DNA of 64,000 bases, from positions 1 through 64,000 of IMG/VR virus record IMGVR_UViG_3300020463_002275; one strand, given 5' to 3'. Below, piece after piece: positions 18,051 through 27,196 of this stretch. The DNA is from a virus. Under the pieces are notes generated by a model. It ran no database searches. It saw only the letters and a list, made by a program, of their open reading frames with translations, and was not told where the DNA came from. The translations under genes were made by a program, and so were the position numbers. Each line of letters starts with the position of its first letter. The first letter of the stretch is position 1.

Positions 18051-18864
18051 GACGCTTTTTATAGGCGATAGTCATACATGCGGATACAAAACAGTTCCTG
18101 GTAAAGTAGGACCAGGTAGTTACTCTGTATGGAATGAAAATAGTTATGTAAATGAATATGTTAACTTACATAATAAAAAGGCTGTTGTTTATGCAATGCC
18201 AGGCGCAAACAATCGGACGTATGCAGACTGGTTAGGGAGTATGTTTAAAACTTACGATGACATTGATGAGGTAATTATTTTGATGTCATCGTTAAACCGT
18301 TTTATGTTAGGATTTAATGAAAAACTATCTCCTAAGGTAATTCCAATAGAACAATTTACACATTTTGAAGGCACAGATAACACAGGCATGATTGATAGAT
18401 ATATTGATGAGATTATTTCAGAAGAATATTTTCAATTATATCAGAAACCTACCAACGATGATTATGAAAAATTTCCTGGATTAAATTTTAGTTATGACAA
18501 AGGATTGATAGATCCAGATATACGTAAATCTTCTTACATGCAAATAAAAACATTTTTTGAACTTAATACACATTTAGAACAACGTGATTTCTTTAAAGAT
18601 ATCTATACATGGGATAATATGTGTGCAGATAGAGATATTCCTTTATACCTATTTAAGATGCGTGAAAGAACATTCTTTCCAGAAGCATGGGATTTTTACG
18701 GAAAACTTAAAGTAACTAAGATAGCAGATCAAAGTGTAGAAGAATTTTTTACACAAAGGAATATTGATTATAATAACTATTTTGAAGAAGACAAAGAACA
18801 TTTTAACCAATTATACCATAAACTTATTGCACAAAAGTTTTTAAAACACTTGACAAAGGTCTAA
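18043..18864 (+). CDS. SGNH hydrolase-like protein
   Basis: FIGDSH, AMPGANN, C-terminal DKEHFN. Confidence 0.55.
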   Translation: MTKTLFIGDSHTCGYKTVPGKVGPGSYSVWNENSYVNEYVNLHNKKAVVYAMPGANNRTYADWLGSMFKTYDDIDEVIILMSSLNRFMLGFNEKLSPKVIPIEQFTHFEGTDNTGMIDRYIDEIISEEYFQLYQKPTNDDYEKFPGLNFSYDKGLIDPDIRKSSYMQIKTFFELNTHLEQRDFFKDIYTWDNMCADRDIPLYLFKMRERTFFPEAWDFYGKLKVTKIADQSVEEFFTQRNIDYNNYFEEDKEHFNQLYHKLIAQKFLKHLTKV

Positions 18865-18878
18865 ATATAGTATATAAT
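18850..18878 (+). promoter_or_regulatory. sigma70-type promoter TTGACA-N17-TATAAT
   Basis: Perfect consensus; GGAG SD before ATG 18903. Confidence 0.85.
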
Positions 18879-18902
18879 GTTTAGTATAATGGAGAATAAT
18901 AT

Positions 18903-19829
18903 ATGTCATTAGCACAACATGAATTTGGTAAAACTGTAGAAAAGAAGTTTTACTATTCAGAAATATTTCATAGTATTCAAGGTGAAGGACACTATACTGG
19001 TGTTCCGACTGCATGGATTAGATTTTTCTTGTGTAATTTACAATGCAACGGGTTTGGACAAATAGATCCTACTAATCCTGATACATATGAATTACCTTTT
19101 CAAGACTTTGATGTATCAAGTGTAAAACGTGTTGAGGACTTGCCTGTATGGGATAAAGGTTGTGATTCAAGTTACACATGGGCAAAGAAGTTTAAAGACT
19201 TAATGGGTCAAGAAACGCCAACTGTGATGGCAAATAAAATTATAGATATATTAAAGAACGAAAGTAATCCAGAAGGATTGTTTAAACATCCAGTAACAGG
19301 ACAAAGTCAACACTTATGTATCACAGGCGGAGAGCCTTTAATGGTAACTGGACAGACAGCAACTGTTGGAATATATGAAGAACTTGAAAGACAAGGTAAC
19401 TTGCCGGGCAGTATGACATTTGAAACTAATGGTACACAAAAACTTAGACAACCATTTATTGATTGGGTAAACAGAATAGACACAGAAATATTTTTTAGTT
19501 GTAGTCCTAAACTATGGTCAGTTTCAGGTGAGAAAAGAGAAAAAGCAATTAAGCCTGAAATAGTAGCAGAGTATAGAAAACTTTCAGACAAAGGACAACT
19601 AAAATTTGTAGTAGGTCCTGAAGGTAAAGAGTGGGATGAGATGGAAGAAGTAATTAAACTTTTTAAAGCAGAAGGTGTTGATTGGCCTATATGGGTTATG
19701 CCTACAGGTGCTAGAGAAGAAGAACAAATAGCAGGTGCAGGTAAAGTTGCTGAAAAGGCATTTAAACGTGGCTATAACGTAGCGGCAAGAGTACATGTAT
19801 ACTTGTTTGGTAATGCAATAGGAACTTAA
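18903..19829 (+). CDS. queE: 7-carboxy-7-deazaguanine synthase QueE (radical SAM)
   Basis: EIFHSIQGEGHYTG.P..WIRF, CNLQC...CDS, ITGGEP, FETNG, SCSPK, R.HVYLFGN. Confidence 0.85.
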   Translation: MSLAQHEFGKTVEKKFYYSEIFHSIQGEGHYTGVPTAWIRFFLCNLQCNGFGQIDPTNPDTYELPFQDFDVSSVKRVEDLPVWDKGCDSSYTWAKKFKDLMGQETPTVMANKIIDILKNESNPEGLFKHPVTGQSQHLCITGGEPLMVTGQTATVGIYEELERQGNLPGSMTFETNGTQKLRQPFIDWVNRIDTEIFFSCSPKLWSVSGEKREKAIKPEIVAEYRKLSDKGQLKFVVGPEGKEWDEMEEVIKLFKAEGVDWPIWVMPTGAREEEQIAGAGKVAEKAFKRGYNVAARVHVYLFGNAIGT

Positions 19830-19830
19830 T

Positions 19831-20010
19831 ATGTTACAAGTAATAAAAAATTTATTTAAAAGTAAGCCAGCAAACAAGCCATACCACCCGCCTTATCCAC
19901 AAGACGAACTTGAAAACATACGTGAATACAAAAATCAACAACATAAAAAAGCAATGAAGGCTAAGATTGATAAAGACCCTTCAGATGCAATTAGGAAGGC
20001 AGGATGGTAA
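19831..20010 (+). CDS. Small hypothetical protein (59 aa; not in ORF track)
   Basis: MLQVIKNLF...IRKAGW*; fills the gap, TAATG coupling downstream. Confidence 0.5.
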   Translation: MLQVIKNLFKSKPANKPYHPPYPQDELENIREYKNQQHKKAMKAKIDKDPSDAIRKAGW

Positions 20011-20396
20011 TGGACTGGGATAAAGTAAAAAAAGCAATAGGTATTAAGCCTAAAATTACAGAGAAGCCGCCCACTTCGGAAGAAACAAGACGTGCGACAC
20101 TTGAGCAAGAAAAACAAGAAGCAACAAAAAAAGGCGAACCTTGGGTTGCAGTATTAGATACACAAGTTAATCCGGACAATATACGTAATGGATTTTTTGA
20201 ATTAGATTGGAATAATGAATTCATCGAACAATTAGTAGATGCAGGATATTCAGGCGAAACTAATGAAGAAATAGTTGATGCATGGTTTAGAACTATTGTT
20301 AGTCAAATGTTAGAAGAAGAAGGACATGACAAAACAAGAGATGCAGGATATATCAATGTAGTTCCAATAGATAAAGGCAAAAGTGAAATATCATAA
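20010..20396 (+). CDS. Hypothetical protein
   Basis: Coupled start and stop; globular C-half (GFFELDWN). Confidence 0.6.
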   Translation: MDWDKVKKAIGIKPKITEKPPTSEETRRATLEQEKQEATKKGEPWVAVLDTQVNPDNIRNGFFELDWNNEFIEQLVDAGYSGETNEEIVDAWFRTIVSQMLEEEGHDKTRDAGYINVVPIDKGKSEIS

Positions 20397-20803
20397 TGCA
20401 AGACAACTTAATGGTCCAACAACAAGTAGAAAATGTTTGGCAACATATGGTAGGTGTCATATGTCTAAACCTAACCAATCGTAAACAAGTTAAAGCAGTA
20501 CTACCTAAATTCTTTGCTAAGTGGAGTACACACGATTCGTTGGTACATGCTACACGCAGAGAAATTGAAGAAGTTATCCAACCTTTAGGCATGAAACACG
20601 TTCGAGCAGAAAGACTGTATCGTATGAGTGAACAGTTTAAAGACTGGGACGGAGAAGATGCTACACAACTATACGGAATTGGCAAGTACGGTTCTGATAG
20701 TTATGAACTATTTTATAAGAAAAGAATTCCAAAAAACGTAGGCGATCACGAGTTAAAACGGTATATTGAAGAAGAATTTGTGGTTGACACAAGCCAGATT
20801 TAG
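20396..20803 (+). CDS. MBD4-like HhH-GPD DNA glycosylase (catalytic domain only)
   Basis: WQHMVGVICLN.T, IQPLG...RA, LYGIGKYGSDSY..F, DHELKRY match the MBD4 glycosylase pattern (LHGIGKYGNDSY, DHKL). Confidence 0.8.
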   Translation: MQDNLMVQQQVENVWQHMVGVICLNLTNRKQVKAVLPKFFAKWSTHDSLVHATRREIEEVIQPLGMKHVRAERLYRMSEQFKDWDGEDATQLYGIGKYGSDSYELFYKKRIPKNVGDHELKRYIEEEFVVDTSQI

Positions 20804-20812
20804 TGTTATAAT
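20784..20812 (+). promoter_or_regulatory. sigma70-type promoter TTGACA-N17-TATAAT
   Basis: Perfect consensus with TG extension. Confidence 0.85.
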
Positions 20813-20841
20813 AGTACTATAAATTATACAAAGGCACACTA

Positions 20842-21828
20842 ATGGCAACTTATATACTAGTAGATACTGCAAACACATTCTTTCGTGCAAGGCACGTTGT
20901 ACGTGGCGACATAGATACAAAGGTCGGCATGGCATTTCATATTACATTATCAGGTGTTAAGAAAGTATGGAAAGAGTTTAATGCAGATCATGTTGTGTTT
21001 TGTTTAGAAGGGCGTAGTTGGCGTAAAGACTTTTACGAGCCTTACAAACGTAACAGACAAGAAAGTCGTGATGCACTTACTCCTGCACAAGCAGAAGAAG
21101 ACAAAGTGTTTTGGGAAGTGTTTGATGAGTTCAAAGACTTTGTAGATACTAAGACTAACTGTACAGTTATGCAACATCCACAACTAGAAGCAGATGATCT
21201 TATTGCAGGTTGGGTACAAGCACATCCTAATGATACACACGTTATTATTTCAACTGACGGTGACTTTGCACAACTTATTGCACCTAATGTAAAGCAGTAC
21301 AATGGTATACAAGACGTAACAATTACACATGAAGGTTACTTTGATAAGAAAGGTAATCATGTGTTAGATAAGAAAACTAAAGAGCCTAAGCCTGCACCTA
21401 ATCCTGAATTTATGTTGTTTGAAAAGTGTATGCGAGGCGATACTAGTGATAATGTGTTTAGTGCTTATCCAGGTGTACGTACTAAAGGCACTAAAAACAA
21501 AGTCGGTCTTACTGAAGCATTTGCCGATAAAGAAACAAAAGGCTTCAATTGGAATAACATGATGTTGCAACGTTGGGTAGATCATAATGGTGAAGAACAC
21601 CGTGTGTTAGATGACTATCAACGAAATGTTATTTTGTGCGATTTATCTGCACAGCCAGGCAACATTAGAAGTATAATCAATGATGTAATTGAAGATCATA
21701 TGACTCCTAAAGAAGTACAACAAGTAGGTATGCGTCTTATGAAATTCTGTGCTAAATGGGATATGCAACGTATTGCAGACCAGGCACAACATTATGCAGA
21801 ACCATTACAAGCGAGGTACCCAGTATGA
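20842..21828 (+). CDS. rnh: T4 RNase H-like 5'-3' exonuclease (FEN/PIN fold)
   Basis: ILVDTAN, WRKDFYEPYKRNR, LEADDLIA, IISTDGDFAQL, GDTSDNV. Confidence 0.88.
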   Translation: MATYILVDTANTFFRARHVVRGDIDTKVGMAFHITLSGVKKVWKEFNADHVVFCLEGRSWRKDFYEPYKRNRQESRDALTPAQAEEDKVFWEVFDEFKDFVDTKTNCTVMQHPQLEADDLIAGWVQAHPNDTHVIISTDGDFAQLIAPNVKQYNGIQDVTITHEGYFDKKGNHVLDKKTKEPKPAPNPEFMLFEKCMRGDTSDNVFSAYPGVRTKGTKNKVGLTEAFADKETKGFNWNNMMLQRWVDHNGEEHRVLDDYQRNVILCDLSAQPGNIRSIINDVIEDHMTPKEVQQVGMRLMKFCAKWDMQRIADQAQHYAEPLQARYPV

Positions 21829-22295
21829 TAAAAGCAAAAGAAGTCCTTAAAAATAAATTTTGGATTGTTGAAGAAAACGGCTCTAAGGTAGGAACTTTAA
21901 GTGCCGCCGAAGAGTGTTACACATACTCTTGCGGAGCAGGAACACAGGTGTTTGGAGATTTTAATCAACTTAAAAAACACTTAGGAAAAATTACTTGGAG
22001 TACTGCTGATGGCGAAACATCTACATCAGAGTTTGAAGTACACGGATATCCAACTAGTTGCGAACCATTCAATCCTATGTATGATGTAAAAAACAAATTG
22101 CCTTTGTTTAGCAAAAGTAATAAATCAAAAAGTTTATATTGTGCAGGATATTACTGTATTCAATTCGAAAAAGGTTGGGTCAAAAGTTTTTGTCCTAAAC
22201 AAATAACAATTGAAAGATATAACTATAGCGGTCCATTTAAGACTGATATAGAAATGAGAACGGAGTTATCACGTGTCAATGCAAGATCCAATTAA
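21825..22295 (+). CDS. Hypothetical protein
   Basis: ATGA coupling; globular beta-rich ORF. Confidence 0.6.
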   Translation: MIKAKEVLKNKFWIVEENGSKVGTLSAAEECYTYSCGAGTQVFGDFNQLKKHLGKITWSTADGETSTSEFEVHGYPTSCEPFNPMYDVKNKLPLFSKSNKSKSLYCAGYYCIQFEKGWVKSFCPKQITIERYNYSGPFKTDIEMRTELSRVNARSN

Positions 22296-22512
22296 TACTG
22301 CACCTATACAAAACTTTATTAATAATGTAAAAGGTGCTGATGCAAGTCAGGCTAAAGAAGTTAAATTAACAATTCAGCAAGCAAAAGGACTGGCATTTAC
22401 ATTAGGTATTGTTATGGCAAGACTACAAGGCGATATGGAAAAATTTGTAAAAGAAAATGCAAGTAAAGAAGAAACAGTTGAAGTCCAAATGGACGGAGGC
22501 AACAACTGGTAA
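22273..22512 (+). CDS. Hypothetical protein
   Basis: Overlaps upstream gene; helical. Confidence 0.55.
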   Translation: MSMQDPINTAPIQNFINNVKGADASQAKEVKLTIQQAKGLAFTLGIVMARLQGDMEKFVKENASKEETVEVQMDGGNNW

Positions 22513-22519
22513 GGAGCCT

Positions 22520-22645
22520 ATGAGTAAAAGAAATCGATTAGAAAGAAAACTAGATGAGTACAATCATACAATGGAACTTGTAAGAACTGTTGTACCGATT
22601 GCTGTCTTAGTATTACAAGTAATCATCTTATTAAGGATATTATAA
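22520..22645 (+). CDS. Small protein with C-terminal TM helix
   Basis: AAGGAG SD before ATG 22520. Confidence 0.5.
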   Translation: MSKRNRLERKLDEYNHTMELVRTVVPIAVLVLQVIILLRIL

Positions 22646-22646
22646 A

Positions 22647-22772
22647 ATGGATGAACAAGATGCAATGTGGGAAGCATTCGACACACTAGTACCTAAAGAA
22701 AGTTGGGTACCAAGTGTTGAAGAGAAATGGTTAATTGATAAAATAGCAGAAGTTTTAAAAAAAATAGCATGA
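22647..22772 (+). CDS. Small hypothetical protein (41 aa; not in ORF track)
   Basis: MDEQDAMWEAF...KKIA*; ATGA coupling to next gene. Confidence 0.4.
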   Translation: MDEQDAMWEAFDTLVPKESWVPSVEEKWLIDKIAEVLKKIA

Positions 22773-23308
22773 CAACACACGCAATGATTGACCTAGAAAC
22801 ACTAGATGTTTTACCGACCGCGGTAGTGTTAACTATTGGTGGTGTAAAGTTTGATCCCAATTCTGTAAAAGAAACTACACAACATTTTTATTATAGATTT
22901 AATGTAGATGAACAATTATCCAAAGGACGCACAACTTCAAAAAGCACACTAGATTGGTGGGCTACACAAGAACAAAGTGTAGTTGATGAAGCATTGGGCG
23001 ATCATGATAGAACACCTGTGTTAAGTGTTTTAAAAAAATTAAACAAATGGTGTGTAGGTGTTGATACAATTTGGTGCCAAGGACCTGCATTTGATATTGT
23101 TATACTTGAAGATATGTTTAGACAATACGATCATCATTTGCCTTGGCCTTTTTGGAAAATAAAAGACAGTAGAACATTATTTGGTATTATGCCAACAGAC
23201 CCACGTAAGGAAATAAAGTTTGAAGCACACAACGCATTAGAAGATTGTAAAGTACAGGCTTTGTGTGTGCAACAGACTGTTAATAAGTTAGGTTTAAACC
23301 TAAGATAA
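22769..23308 (+). CDS. DEDDh 3'-5' exonuclease (Rv2179c/DexA-like)
   Basis: MIDLETL, W.QGPAFD, KDSRT, HNALEDC. Confidence 0.85.
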   Translation: MTTHAMIDLETLDVLPTAVVLTIGGVKFDPNSVKETTQHFYYRFNVDEQLSKGRTTSKSTLDWWATQEQSVVDEALGDHDRTPVLSVLKKLNKWCVGVDTIWCQGPAFDIVILEDMFRQYDHHLPWPFWKIKDSRTLFGIMPTDPRKEIKFEAHNALEDCKVQALCVQQTVNKLGLNLR

Positions 23309-23333
23309 CTACTACTATAACTTAAAAAAAGAG

Positions 23334-23340
23334 ATAAATA
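23334..23340 (+). promoter_or_regulatory. T4-late-like promoter core ATAAATA
   Basis: Intergenic, ~30 nt before ATG 23370 (AAGGA SD). Confidence 0.5.
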
Positions 23341-23369
23341 TATGCGTATATAATTAAAAGGAAATACGC

Positions 23370-23660
23370 ATGAGTAGACCAAAACCGACGGTATTACTAG
23401 AATATGTAAATAAGAAAACATTTCGCAGTGAACAAGTATTAGAAGCAGAAGCCATTTGGGCTGTTTTTCATAAAGATAAACCTTTTAATTTAAAAAGTTC
23501 TAATATGTTGACTAATTACCCAGGACCTAAATATAAGAAAACTAGTTTTTCAAATCCAGGTCATGCACATAATCTAGCAAGTAAATTAAATGATATGTTC
23601 AATTGCAAAGACTTTTCTGTATATAAATTAAGTACAGGTGAAGTAGTTGAAGAAGAATGA
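23370..23660 (+). CDS. Hypothetical protein
   Basis: SD present; YKKTSFSNPGHA motif; function not recognised. Confidence 0.6.
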   Translation: MSRPKPTVLLEYVNKKTFRSEQVLEAEAIWAVFHKDKPFNLKSSNMLTNYPGPKYKKTSFSNPGHAHNLASKLNDMFNCKDFSVYKLSTGEVVEEE

Positions 23661-24037
23661 ACAAAGAAACATATACTAAGGTATTTCTAAAACAAGCCGA
23701 AATTGCTATATCAGATGTTACTATGAAAGAGTATATGTCTAAATTATGGCAAAATATCAGAGTAAAAGATCAAGGCGGTTTACGCCTTACTGATGCAGGA
23801 ATAGAATTTCTAAAAGATAAACTAGAACTTGCAACCTATGAAATACCTTTTCCAAAAGATTTTGAACTTACAACCAATACTATAATTTGGTTAGACCAAT
23901 TTATTGATTGTCCTTATTGGTTATGTAAGTATTCTATAGAAGTTACGGACGAAAAGAAGGCACTCGAACTACATCTTTTTAGCGGAGATGTAAAGAAATA
24001 CGGACTTACCAAAGCATTAAACAGACAAAAAAAGTAA
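23657..24037 (+). CDS. Hypothetical protein
   Basis: ATGA coupling. Confidence 0.6.
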   Translation: MNKETYTKVFLKQAEIAISDVTMKEYMSKLWQNIRVKDQGGLRLTDAGIEFLKDKLELATYEIPFPKDFELTTNTIIWLDQFIDCPYWLCKYSIEVTDEKKALELHLFSGDVKKYGLTKALNRQKK

Positions 24038-24047
24038 CCAAAATAGG

Positions 24048-24076
24048 TTGACTTTCCTCTTAACCTATGTTATTAT
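24048..24076 (+). promoter_or_regulatory. sigma70-type promoter TTGACT-N17-TATTAT
   Basis: Near-consensus with TG extension, upstream of the AAA gene. Confidence 0.65.
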
Positions 24077-24132
24077 ATATACATACTAAGAAATTAAGTA
24101 TGGCACTGATACAAACAAACGAGGAATATAAC

Positions 24133-25215
24133 ATGGAATCTGTAGTACGAACTGTTACTCCAAATGGAGCAAAGAAAAGTATTATTAGGGCATTCAAAAA
24201 GAAACGTCCTATTTTTATGTGGGGCCCTCCAGGTATTGGAAAATCTGATATTATTGGGCAAATCACAAAACAACTAAAAAACTCACATCTAATTGATGTA
24301 CGTTTATCACTTTGGGAACCGACTGATATTAAAGGTATCCCGTATTATGCGGCAAACGATAATACAATGATGTGGGCACCACCACAAGAACTTCCAACAG
24401 AAGAATTTGCAAAGAAGTTCGATTATATTGTTCTTTTCCTAGATGAAATGAACTCTGCGGCTCCGGCAGTACAAGCGGCGGCTTATCAATTAATTTTAAA
24501 TAGACGTGTTGGACAATACAAATTGCCTGACAACGTTCTCATTGTTGCGGCTGGTAACCGTGAAGCAGATAAAGGTGTTACTTATAGAATGCCTGCTCCA
24601 CTTGCCAATCGTTTCGTTCACTTAGAACTAGCAGTTGATTTTGATGACTGGTTTGCATGGGCAGTAGATAACAACATTCACAATGATGTTGTTGGTTACT
24701 TAACATTTAGCAAGAAAGATTTATACGATTTCGATCCAAAGTCTCCTTCACGTTCTTTTGCAACGCCAAGAACTTGGTCGTTTGTTTCTGAACTACTTGA
24801 AGATGACGATGACGAAACTACCACTACTGATTTAATTAGTGGTGCAGTTGGAGAAGGTTTGGCTGTCAAATTTATGGCTCACCGTAAGGTTGCCGCTAGT
24901 ATGCCTAACCCAACTGAAATACTCGCAGGTAAAGTTAAAGAAATGGCCACTAAAGAAATCAGTGCCATGTATTCCTTGACCGTGAGCCTTTGCTATGAAC
25001 TTAAACAGGCGTCAGATAAAAATGACAAAAAGTTTGATGACATGGTTAATAACTTCCTGCGATTTGCAATGGATAACTTCGAAACAGAACTTGTTGTTAT
25101 GGGAATTAAAGTTGCTATTACACAATACCAACTTCCAATTGATCCAGACGAAGTTGCATGTTTTGATGAATTCCATGAACGTTTTGGCAAGTACATTAGT
25201 GCCGCCAGTAACTAA
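24133..25215 (+). CDS. MoxR-like AAA+ ATPase
   Basis: Walker A GPPGIGKS, Walker B LFLDE, AAGN, PLANRF; GAGGA SD before ATG 24133. Confidence 0.88.
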   Translation: MESVVRTVTPNGAKKSIIRAFKKKRPIFMWGPPGIGKSDIIGQITKQLKNSHLIDVRLSLWEPTDIKGIPYYAANDNTMMWAPPQELPTEEFAKKFDYIVLFLDEMNSAAPAVQAAAYQLILNRRVGQYKLPDNVLIVAAGNREADKGVTYRMPAPLANRFVHLELAVDFDDWFAWAVDNNIHNDVVGYLTFSKKDLYDFDPKSPSRSFATPRTWSFVSELLEDDDDETTTTDLISGAVGEGLAVKFMAHRKVAASMPNPTEILAGKVKEMATKEISAMYSLTVSLCYELKQASDKNDKKFDDMVNNFLRFAMDNFETELVVMGIKVAITQYQLPIDPDEVACFDEFHERFGKYISAASN

Positions 25216-25220
25216 TAGTA

Positions 25221-25252
25221 TAAAGGGTAGGGGCTTCTCTACCCTTTATTCT
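25221..25252 (+). terminator. Rho-independent terminator
   Basis: TAAAGGGTAG(GG)-GCTT-(CT)CTACCCTTTA stem-loop followed by TTCTT. Confidence 0.7.
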
Positions 25253-25264
25253 TACCAAAACAGG

Positions 25265-25292
25265 TTGACTAATAACGTAAATATGCTATTAT
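25265..25292 (+). promoter_or_regulatory. sigma70-type promoter TTGACT-N16-TATTAT (extended -10)
   Basis: Follows the terminator; TGc before the -10. Confidence 0.5.
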
Positions 25293-25320
25293 ATATGTAT
25301 AGTAACAAAAAGGACATGGC

Positions 25321-26613
25321 ATGGGCTTAGATACTAAAGGATTCAAACCAGTAGAATTATCCAAAGAAGAACTAGAAATAATGCGTGAAGAAGTTCACGA
25401 TAGGGTAATTGTTGCAAGAGTAGGTCTTTTATTAAGACACCCATTCTTTGGTAATATGGCTACTAGAATGCGTGTACAAAACTGCGATGACTGGTGTCCT
25501 ACAGCCGCTACAGACGGTAGAAATTTATACTACAATACACAATTTTTTAATATGCTAACAAACAAACAGATTGAGTTTGTTATTGCTCATGAAATTCTTC
25601 ATTGCGTATTTGATCATATTATCCGAAGAGAAGACCGACAGCCTCGTATATTCAATATTGCGTGTGACTATAAAGTAAATAATCTTTTAGTACGCGACAA
25701 GATTGGCGAGCGTGTTGATCAAATTCAAATTTTTCAAGACTTCAAATATGATGATTGGACATCTGAAGAAGTATATGATGATATCTATAACAAATATGAT
25801 GACGAAGAATTAGAAGCACTTGGAGAACTTTTAGACGAACATATTGATTGGGAAAAAGACGGAGATCAACAAGGTGAAGGCGATGCACCTAGTAAAGGTG
25901 CAGGTAACGGAAAAGGCGATAAGAAGTCTAAACGTCCTTCATATTCAAAAGAAGAATTAAAAAAGATACGTGACGAAATAAAAGAAAGCATGATTACATC
26001 TGCTCAATCAGCAGGTGCTGGTAATACACCAGGCGAAATTGCACGTATGATAAAAGAACTTACTGAACCTAAAATGAACTGGCGTGAACTATTGCGTCAA
26101 CAAATTCAATCCACTATTAAAAGTGACTTTACTTTTAGTCGTCCTTCACGTAAAGGTTGGCACACTGGTGCAATATTACCTGGTATGAATTTTATGGATA
26201 CTATTGATATTTGCATTGGTATTGATATGAGTGGATCTATCGGAGATATACAAGCACAAGACTTCTTAGGTGAAGTAAAAGGTATAATGGACGAATACAA
26301 AGATTACAAAATTAAATTATGGTGTTTTGATACTAAGGTGTATAACGAAGAAGACTTTAGTGCAGACGGTGGACAAGACTTGACAGACTATGAAATTTTA
26401 GGTGGCGGTGGCACTGACTTTGATGCTAACTGGAGTTATATGAAAGAAAATGATATACAACCTAAAAAGTTTATTATGTTTACAGATGGATATCCATTTG
26501 GTAGTTGGGGTGACGAAGATTATTGTGATACAATTTTTGTTATTCATAGCCATCGTGATAAGAACTTACAAGCACCATTTGGGATGACTGCACACTATGA
26601 TGAAGCCGCTTAA
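25321..26613 (+). CDS. Metallopeptidase-like + vWA domain protein (DUF2201-like), MoxR partner
   Basis: TAATDG, AHEILH (HExxH), acidic/Gly linker, MIDAS IDMSGS, GGGGTDF, FTDG. Confidence 0.85.
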   Translation: MGLDTKGFKPVELSKEELEIMREEVHDRVIVARVGLLLRHPFFGNMATRMRVQNCDDWCPTAATDGRNLYYNTQFFNMLTNKQIEFVIAHEILHCVFDHIIRREDRQPRIFNIACDYKVNNLLVRDKIGERVDQIQIFQDFKYDDWTSEEVYDDIYNKYDDEELEALGELLDEHIDWEKDGDQQGEGDAPSKGAGNGKGDKKSKRPSYSKEELKKIRDEIKESMITSAQSAGAGNTPGEIARMIKELTEPKMNWRELLRQQIQSTIKSDFTFSRPSRKGWHTGAILPGMNFMDTIDICIGIDMSGSIGDIQAQDFLGEVKGIMDEYKDYKIKLWCFDTKVYNEEDFSADGGQDLTDYEILGGGGTDFDANWSYMKENDIQPKKFIMFTDGYPFGSWGDEDYCDTIFVIHSHRDKNLQAPFGMTAHYDEAA

Positions 26614-26872
26614 AGCACCAAATCCAAATAATATTTTTAAAATACGAAATCCTAAGGTACTTCCTCCGCATTTTGAGTATGCGGACATAGAAGTGCTTTA
26701 TAATCTAGAATCCGCAATCCAGGACTGGATATCTGAGCATCTTAAAGGAAGGTTCATTGTAACAAAAACGGCGAATCCTTCACGCAATAATACCGTAGTC
26801 AGAGTAGGTTTTGAAGATGGTAAAGAACTAAGTTATTTCATGTTAGCCTGTCCACTTTTGCGGTACAAATAA
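26597..26872 (+). CDS. Hypothetical protein
   Basis: Overlaps upstream gene. Confidence 0.55.
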   Translation: MMKPLKAPNPNNIFKIRNPKVLPPHFEYADIEVLYNLESAIQDWISEHLKGRFIVTKTANPSRNNTVVRVGFEDGKELSYFMLACPLLRYK

Positions 26873-26907
26873 ATAAAGTACGCATATATATAATATAGGA
26901 GTAAATA

Positions 26908-27195
26908 ATGAGCGATACAAAAGATACTAAACAAGACGCACCGGCAGTGGATTCTCCGGCAACTGCACCAGCAGATGCACCGGCAACACCACAAGCAGGA
27001 GCAGACTTGTCAGTACAAGACCTCCAAGGACTAAAAACAATTATTGATGTTGCTAGTTCACGTGGAGCATTTAAACCCAATGAAATGATGAGTGTTGGTC
27101 AGGTTTATGGTAAACTTGAAGCATTCCTTTCTGCGGTACAACAAACCCAAGCACAACAGGCACCTACTGAAACAGGACCTGCAAAAGGAGCATAA
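26908..27195 (+). CDS. Hypothetical protein (Ala/Pro-rich termini)
   Basis: AGGAG SD; ATAAATA at 26869-26875 upstream. Confidence 0.6.
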   Translation: MSDTKDTKQDAPAVDSPATAPADAPATPQAGADLSVQDLQGLKTIIDVASSRGAFKPNEMMSVGQVYGKLEAFLSAVQQTQAQQAPTETGPAKGA

Positions 27196-27196
27196 T

